Shown here: positions 56,371 through 64,000 of the stretch, in pieces | Numbering within the stretch: position 1 is the stretch's first letter | Layout of the letters: each line of letters opens with the position of its first letter | NCBI GenBank assembly: GCA_951406725.2 | Contig: OX597828.1 | Coordinates: forward strand, 23,312,001-23,376,000 | Length of the DNA: 64,000 nucleotides | Direction of reading: 5' to 3' | From: Octopus vulgaris | Lineage: Eukaryota | Translations under genes and position numbers: made by a program | Notes under the pieces: model-generated | The model's database searches: none | What the model was told of the DNA's origin: nothing | Seen by the model: the letters and a program-made list of their open reading frames with translations, nothing else

Positions 56371-56688
56371 ACTTAATAATTAGGGTTCAGCAAAGATTTG
56401 CTTTACCACATACCGAAGTTTAGAAATAGCAGCCAAAAAGCGTTACCTATTTCTTCTACTTCAAAAATGGACTCCCAGAAAAACCAAAATACTTGAAAAC
56501 AATCCACACAGGCACAGAGGAAAAGTAACGAAAATTAATCAATATCTGGTCACCTATGGACGCGCGTTTCAAATATTTTGGTTTTTCTGGGAGTCCCTTT
56601 TTAAAGTAGAAGAAATTAATAACGATTTTTGGCTGCTATACTTCGGTATGTGGTAAAGCAAATCTTTGCTGAACCCTAATTATTAAGT
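56371..56688. repeat. Inverted repeat with ~125-bp arms and ~70-bp spacer
   Basis: ACTTAATAATTAGGGTTCAGCAAAGATTTGCTTTACCACATACCGAAGT at 56371 is the exact reverse complement of 56640-56688; imperfect pairing continues to about 56498/56567. Confidence 0.9.
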
Positions 56689-58255
56689 ATTACTTAAGTT
56701 TACCATGAAATGGTCCTTTTTTCATGCTGAATTCTACTTGGTGAAATTATTGATTACTTCTTAATTAATTAATTTTACCCTTTGTTATTATATATATATA
56801 TATTTATATATATATATATATATTGTGTATATATGTATATGCATGCATGTATGTATGTATGCATGTATGTATGCATGTATATATTTGTGTGTGTATGTGC
56901 GTACGGCAGATGATGTGATCCTCGTTTAGAAGATACACAAGCAAAAGCTTTTCGGGCATAATTACACGTTTCTCTACAGTGTTTCTACCAAAAATCATTT
57001 TGTTTACATTATCTCTAGCGCCGCATATATGCCTAAGGATCTTGATACCAGAATCAAACTGGCCTCTTCTAAGATTCGATAGAAGAAATAAAGACGACCG
57101 TAAAATACCAAAGATATAGGAAAGTGTTTTATGTAAATACAGTGCACCAGTATTCAAATGTCACCTGATCAACTGAATTAAGGCTTCATCAATGTTGTGT
57201 AAACGTTTGAGACACGATGTACCAAAGATCACATATATTTAATATAATCATTTTTGGTGGGGGCACTATTGTGTGCAGGGATGTAATTGGCACCTTATAT
57301 CTGGCAGATCGAGCCACAACATAGAAGCTTCATCGTTACATGACTCAAATAAATCTGTGTCTAAGGTCATTTGGATAGAACGATAATTTTGCGAAAATGA
57401 ACAGGCTCCATTTCTTCAAAGCCATATTTATATTTAAGACGGACCTTTTTATTGTTGTTTTATGTATTCTCTTTGTCGCCGCAGGCCAACACTTTATATG
57501 TATTAATGTATCTATAATAAGTAATTATTTGTTTGTGAGTCCTATACGGAGAAAAAATCCGCCGACGAAACCACGTTATAATCAACAAGCTAATATATGT
57601 GATAATTAGAGATCTTTGTCTTTCGAATGTGCGACACGATTTTCCATTGTTTTAATCATGTGAAGAGTGACTTACAAGAATTTTGGAAGCTGTTGTTTAG
57701 CATGTGGAATGGCCTCAAAAACGATATACAAGAAAAAAATCATTTTAAGATCTGGTAGAAATTGCATGTACATAAAATCTATCTGTGCGCAAGTGTGCTG
57801 ATTAAAATAATTTCACACACTTATAACTTGCATTAAAACTGGAACTGTGGGCGAGACTTCGTTAGCGAGCGATTTTAAATGAGACTGCGATAGAAATTTC
57901 AATCGTTGCTAGGAGTCCCTAGACCATGACAGTCTGTCTCATTCATTCACATTTGTTATAATTATTGCAGTGTAGAAATCAATGTTGGTTGGTGCAGACC
58001 TATGATCAAAGAAGTCTTTTGACACTGATGTTGTCGTATGATTGAAGCGTATCAAGCACTTCATTATATAATACATTCTGTGTTTTTAAAAAATATTCAC
58101 TTCACATGAGGGTGATCTGGCTTGGTTAGTATTTCTAGCAGGCTTTTTAACCACACATGACATTCATTTTAGCACGTGAGAATAAATGTTTATTGTACAC
58201 TGGTATCGTAAAATAGTTTTTCTTCACGCAGTTGTTCTTTTATTTTCTGCCTATT

Positions 58256-58386
58256 TTCTTCTTCTTCTTCTTCTTCTTCTTCTTCTTCTTCTTCTTCTTC
58301 TTCTTCTTCTTCTTCTTCTTCTTCTTCTTCTTCTTCTTCTTCTTCTTCTTCTTCTTCTTCTTCTTCTTCTTCTTCTTCTTCTTCTT

Positions 58387-58467
<81 letters not shown>

Positions 58468-58477
58468 ATAATACCTC

Positions 58478-58530
<53 letters not shown>
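58256..58530. repeat. Compound triplet array (CTT)n-(CTA)n-(CTG)n-(CTA)n-(ATA)n
   Basis: Direct inspection. Confidence 0.97.
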
Positions 58531-58640
58531 GTGAGTTTAGTTTAATGGCCTACCAATGTATACTATGAGTTTCTCTGCCCTAGGAGTCGGGAAGACACTC
58601 AGCAAGAAATGGAAGCAAATTTGAAAGAAGAAAAAAAAAG

Positions 58641-58703
<63 letters not shown>

Positions 58704-58869
58704 GTAACATCACTACTAAAATTACTACTTATCTTTTCTTATTCCTCTTATGATCATTCTTATACGAATACACGACTGACGTAAGCGTCGGGTACGATCA
58801 CGTGCAAAGTACATTACACGCAACAATTATAAGACATGTGTAATCATTATGTCTTTGAAAGCAAAATAA

Positions 58870-59260
58870 CGACGAGGATCGATACGTTGTATCTTCCTTT
58901 TCATCATTATGAACTGACGTAACGTTTTATAAATAAACAAAACATAGGCATGAATGAAAGCACTTTCAAAGTCCGGTAATACCACGATGCTAATCTATCT
59001 ACAGTGTACAAAAGCAGGACGTTATAGTGCTTTCCAGCTATTTATAAGAATTAAAGTCAATGGAATTAAAGAATTCTAATATCAGTTGAAATGTACTGAA
59101 GAAAATCAAACGATATTATTAATGGCTTCATAGTGCGCCGTCCACACATTACTGACAAGATTGCTTTTACTTTTATATTTTTCATCCCATAAAATCTCCA
59201 TAACACAAACATTTACTTAAGTTATTTGAACTCTGCAAAAAGTGCAAATTTTTTAACAAA
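58870..59260 (+). mobile_element. Highly decayed Penelope-like GIY-YIG fragment
   Basis: KQNIGMNESTFKVR*YH...NIS*NVLKKIKRY resembles YIGxxExxFKxRxxxH...IxWxIL of Penelope-like endonucleases. Confidence 0.45.
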
Positions 59261-59754
59261 CATCTCGAGGCTAATTTTAATGAAAAGATGGAATTCAGGT
59301 AAGCTATATAATATACAACGATTGATCTACTATTAACCTTGTAGTATATAAGACATTTACAGTTAGACTACTTAAATCAATATTTCAAACAAAATCACTT
59401 CCACCTTGTATTATAATTCAAGTATACTGCCTATAAACGTCCAGTTCTTCTACATCACATTGGTATCTTAAAATATACTCTCCGTGTACACTCGAGCAAA
59501 TGTTACCACAAAAAGCTACACTAACACACATAAATATTTACACACGAACTCACATAAGTCTGTGTGTTTTTATGTGTAGGCATATGTAGATTTGTGTGCA
59601 TGTGTCTAACTGTACCTTAGATTGTAACAGTTAAGGTAGTTTGTAATAAAGCGTGATTTCTCAATCCAATCAGCCCTTTTATACATTTTTATACAGATAT
59701 AGTCTTCACCGATATTCATGGATTTGCTTTTTCATGTATATTCAAGAGAACTTT

Positions 59755-59960
59755 CAAATTTTGCCTCAAGGCCAGCGATTTCGTGAGAGAAGCAAGTCCA
59801 TCCCACCGAGCCCGGAGCTTAACTGGTATTTATTTTATGAACCCGAAAGATCTAAAGGCAATGTAAGCATCGATGGAATTTGAACTCAGAACATAAGCAC
59901 GGAAGAAATGTCATGAAGCATTTGGTCCGGAATACTAGCGATTCTGCCAGTTCGCTGCCT
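59755..59960 (-). mobile_element. Diverged family B SINE
   Basis: ACTGGTATTTATTTTATGAACCCGAAAGATCTAAAGGCAA...GGAATTTGAACTCAGAAC...ATTCTGCCAGTTCGCTGCC. Confidence 0.75.
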
Positions 59961-60273
59961 CATATATGTTGAATGACACGATAGGTTTTCATTGTGACAT
60001 TTCACCTGGAAGGCAATACACCTGTGCGTACATACGTCTATATGTGTGTGTACGTGTGTGCATGTGTGTGTATGTATGCATGTACAGACAGGCACACAGA
60101 TTCACAGATACATATATTGATAGATAAATAGACTGACAGACGGACAGATAGATAGACATATCTGTTTACTGGGAATGTAAGTGTAGTTTTGCGCATCGTC
60201 CTATCCGCTTTCCATAATATATCTTCTATATCTATTGTTTAGTTGATATATATTTCATATGTATATCTATATA

Positions 60274-60311
<38 letters not shown>

Positions 60312-60401
60312 CCTATCTATCTACCTCTTTGTCTATGTATCTATCTATCTATATGTATGTATGTGTATATATATATACACACACATTTGTCTATGTCTAT
60401 G

Positions 60402-60436
<35 letters not shown>

Positions 60437-60470
60437 ATGTATGTATATATACACACACTCACACGCATAC

Positions 60471-61022
60471 ATAGGGAGTCCCGAAAATATGTATACACAT
60501 CTTAGATTATTGTAAGAAATGTCTTTTAATAAACACATTTCGTTTTCAAAATTTCATAGAATCTGCAGACATTATTTTATTGTTTTGTCAACAGCTGTTT
60601 CCAAACTGACGGCCGTTCTGGTTCAGCCTCTGTTGACAACGTGAAGCAATGGAATAGCAAGCATCAGGAAAAAATTCGTTCAGTACTTATGCGCATTCTC
60701 GTTCAAAGGCTGCTCTCAAATCAGAGACTGTTGCAGGTTTCATAGCGTAGTCTAGTGGTGTGAGGTCTGGTGAACGTGGAGGGTATTCAATGAAACCCCT
60801 TCTTCCAATCCACTTGTTTAGCCACATCTCATCAAGGAAGGATGCCGCATCTTGCTGAAGGCAAAACTCCTCATCTTCAAAGTCTTCTCTAGTGTTTGAC
60901 ATGAGAGACTGCTGCAGCAATGTCAACTAAATGAGACCAGTCACCGTAGCGTCAAAAAATAATATTCCAATTAATCCTTTTAATGATAAGGCACACTATA
61001 GTGTAACTTGCGGTAAATTAAC
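60471..61022 (-). mobile_element. 3' half of a Tc1/mariner-superfamily (Tc3/maT-like) transposon, pseudogenised, with one terminal inverted repeat
   Basis: VNLPQVTL*CALSLKGLIG..FFDATVTG; FCLQQDA; KWIGRRGFIEYPPRSPDLTPLD; KPATVSDLRAAFEREC; TIR-like TAGGGAGTCCCGAAAATATGTATACACA at about 60472. Confidence 0.85.
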
Positions 61023-61181
61023 TAGAAAAACAGCTAACAACGGATGAAGGGTCGTTCTTTATGTTGTTTGTTTTGTTTTCCATTTGTGTCTTTCGTTGTT
61101 CGAAAGAATAGCTCATGTTCTATATACATCTGCTTCATACCTTTTTCTTGTACGCGTTTCATGATGTCCTTTGGCCACATA

Positions 61182-61257
<76 letters not shown>

Positions 61258-61294
61258 TGTAAGTATGTACATATACGTATATATATATATATAT

Positions 61295-61447
61295 ATAACG
61301 AGCTTCTTTCAGTTTCCCTCTACCAAGTCCACTGCCAAGGCTTTGGTCCGACCGATATTATAAAAGCAGAAGCCAGGTGCCACGCACTAGGACTGAACCT
61401 GGGACCGTGTGGTTGAGAAGCAAGCCTCTTATCTCACAGCCACGCCT
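61295..61447 (-). mobile_element. 5' part of family A SINE
   Basis: CTTCTTTCAGTTTCC.TCTACCAAGTCCACT...GGACTGAACCTGGGACCGTGTGGTTG...CACAGCCACGCCTG. Confidence 0.8.
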
Positions 61448-62251
61448 GTTTTATACATATTTGTTAATATATAAATATATATATGTGTGTGTGTGTGTTG
61501 AACGGTTGACTGTATTTCTCCATTCAGGCTTTAAATGGTGGACGGAGAAGTGGTGAGCGTAAGGCAGAGAGAGAGGGGGGGAGAGAAAGAGAGAGGGGGA
61601 GAAATTACATTAAATAATACAGTGATTGTTGACGTAAGAGATGTAGGAGTTGTGTTGTGTCTTATAAAATTTTTTAAAATACACGTTTTTTAATGAATGA
61701 GATTTTGGAAAGAGAAGATGGTGAATATGTAGATAAAATTTCGAAAAATAATAACATATTTATTGCAAAATCCCAATAAGATACGATATAATATAAATTA
61801 TAAATCTTCCGTGTATGGCATATTTGCTGATATTACCCATAGGAGCAAAAATATAACACCAAATTTAGCCATCTTATGACGTATAACCTAATAATAATAG
61901 CGTTTCCCTAGTGATAATTTTCCACATACATAAGGAACAGGATATTACCAATATGCAACTTCTAATGGGAAAATCATTTTCAGAAAATTGCTTTCATGGA
62001 ATCACTTCATTCTTAAAATCACAATCATAAACGACAGAAATGCCCTGAAACATTGTCATTTTAGCTTATCTAATCGAGTGATATAATCATTTGATCATTT
62101 GCCGGGACGGGACACAATGCATTCACAACTCTTAGTTGGCGTGATTCGTGATTCTCAATACACGTCAATCAAACACACGAAAAAACAGAGCAGGAAATCA
62201 ACTGCATAAGAAAATATATAACACTTCTACATCGATATATTTATATATGTA

Positions 62252-62294
<43 letters not shown>

Positions 62295-62429
62295 TGGCCT
62301 GCTCGCTTAGCTAGCGGGGTGGCGTCATATGAAGGCTAAAACAATGTGAAGCGCATTGTTACCAGCGATGTGCAGCAAAATCTGATAGCCTGGTCGGTCA
62401 CGGTGATCACCGTGATATATATATAGTCT

Positions 62430-62522
62430 CACTGCATGGAACCTTGGTGTCTTCCACAATAACCTCGGCCCGACCAAAGCCTTGTGAGATGATTTGGTAG
62501 AAGGAAACTTAAAGAAGCCTGT
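62430..62522 (+). mobile_element. Family A SINE fragment
   Basis: CCTCGGCCCGACCAAAGCCTTGTGAGATGATTTGGTAGAAGGAAACTTAAAGAAGCC. Confidence 0.7.
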
Positions 62523-63109
62523 GTATGTGTACATGTATATATATATATATATATAAGAGCAAAATGCCCCCCGTCCAATGGACGGTGCTGAGTTGTCAAA
62601 CATTTAAACCAAATTTTCTCAGAACAACTTGTCCGACCGTCCCATAGGCCTCCCCTTTGAGAAACACTGATTTAACCTAAATTTGAGACACCAGCAAAAG
62701 AAGAAATAAAGATAGACTTTTTTCTATTCCAAAGAAAAACGATTTTATTCACACAAATATGCAACCGAAGAGTTTAAATTACCAGTATTTATAAAGCTGT
62801 TGACTGGGAGGACACAAACATGGTTTAAACAGTAAGCTTGTCAAGAAAGAAATGTGCCATTAAGCAGTACAAAAACAACAAAAAAATGGAAGGTGCAGTT
62901 ATGTACAGGCTGACGGAAGAAAAGCAGGACAAAAACGGCTTTATCGATTGCATTCTCACATGGAATCGATTTTTGTAATTTTTTTTCAAGACTTATACAC
63001 TCCCTGACACCGTCGGTATCTACATATCAAATTTGAGCGCAATCGGATGAAGGATGCCCGAGATATATGTACGTATGTGTATATATATATATGATCAAAT
63101 GAATAATAA

Positions 63110-63712
63110 CAGATGATAGATAGTTGTCAGTTCTTTACAGCTGTTTCTAACGCATTTAAAAAAAAATCAAATAGGAGAATGTGACTTCATTGCCCAAAAA
63201 CCGTAATCACCAGATGAAGCATAATTTCTAAAACAAAAGAATATTCCAAGAATACAGCAGGCACGTGGCTGAGGTCTGTCGCAGTTTACCATAAAATGGG
63301 AGATGACCAAAAAAATTGGTCGTTGTAGGCATTAAGGGACAGAATTAGGCTAAGAATCTAGTTTGTGAGTGGGTGTAATACGATATTTATGCTCCGCGTC
63401 CTGGGTGAAATAGGAGTCAGCTAGACTAGAGCTTTCTGAGGCTAGAGATCAGATTCAGGTTATGAAAATATATTTTTTTATTATATTAGGCTTAGGAATA
63501 TGTGGAGCTGTGAGAGAATCGAAGATAAATAACGATGAAAAATAAAGAAAGAGTAAAAAATAAAGAGTAAAATGTAAAGAAATATATAAATTGTATATAG
63601 GATTCGCTAGTTAAGGCTAAAAATCAGAGAGAAAGGAGGGCAGAGATATTACAGAATCTAGGTTGAATGTGGGGACGAGGGTATGAAGGAAATCAAATGA
63701 TTAGTTTAAATT
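63110..63712 (-). mobile_element. Possible Penelope-like 3' end fragment
   Basis: Minus-strand remnant LII..LHTLVPTFNL near 63660-63705, and a hammerhead stem III half-motif GAAACAGCTGTA at about 63135-63146 in a context like 12849-12865. Confidence 0.4.
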
Positions 63713-63726
63713 ATTATATATATATA

Positions 63727-64000
63727 GGCGCAGGAGTGGCTGTGTGGTAAGTAGCTTGTTTACTAACCACATGGTTCCGGGTTCAGTCCCACTGCGTGGC
63801 ACCTTGGGCAAGTGTCTTCTACTATAGCCTCGGGCCGACCAAAGCCTTGTGAGTGGATTTGGTAGACGGAAACTGAAAGAAGCCCGTCGTATATATGTAC
63901 ATATATATATGAGTGTGTGTGTGTCTGTGTTTGTCCCCTAGCATTGCTTGACAACCGATGCTGATGTGTTTATGTCCCCGTCACTTAGCGGTTCGGCAAA
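63727..64000 (+). mobile_element. Well-preserved family A SINE, cut by the window end
   Basis: GGCGCAGGAGTGGCTGTGTGGTAAGTAGCTTG...GGTTCCGGGTTCAGTCCCACTGCGTGGCACCTTGGGCAAG; matches 42875-43271. Confidence 0.92.

Overview
Eukaryotic, AT-rich, almost entirely non-coding DNA saturated with microsatellites ((TA)n, (AAT)n, (GATA)n, (CA)n, compound triplet arrays) and transposable-element debris. The SINE repertoire and microsatellite load look like an octopus/coleoid cephalopod genome (inference from recalled repeat families, not a database result). Nearly all ORFs in the supplied track are microsatellite translation artefacts. The only well-supported host coding sequence is two small + strand exons, 35359-35437 and 55646-55726. 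They splice in frame across a 20.2-kb intron to give ...FCRTTKDYCEPLKV followed by 11 Gly-X-Y triplets, the start of a collagen domain, most like a colmedin/gliomedin-type transmembrane collagen. The rest is probably intron. It holds at least three tRNA-derived SINE families, RTE, CR1-like and R4/Dong-like LINE fragments, Penelope-like fragments and Tc1/mariner/pogo relics. Most notable structures: a minimal type I hammerhead ribozyme closed by a 37-bp stem (29696-29799) plus several decayed relatives; apparent sequence-preferential, self-nested insertion of one SINE subfamily; and recurrent palindromes in which flanking DNA is inverted across (TA)n tracts.
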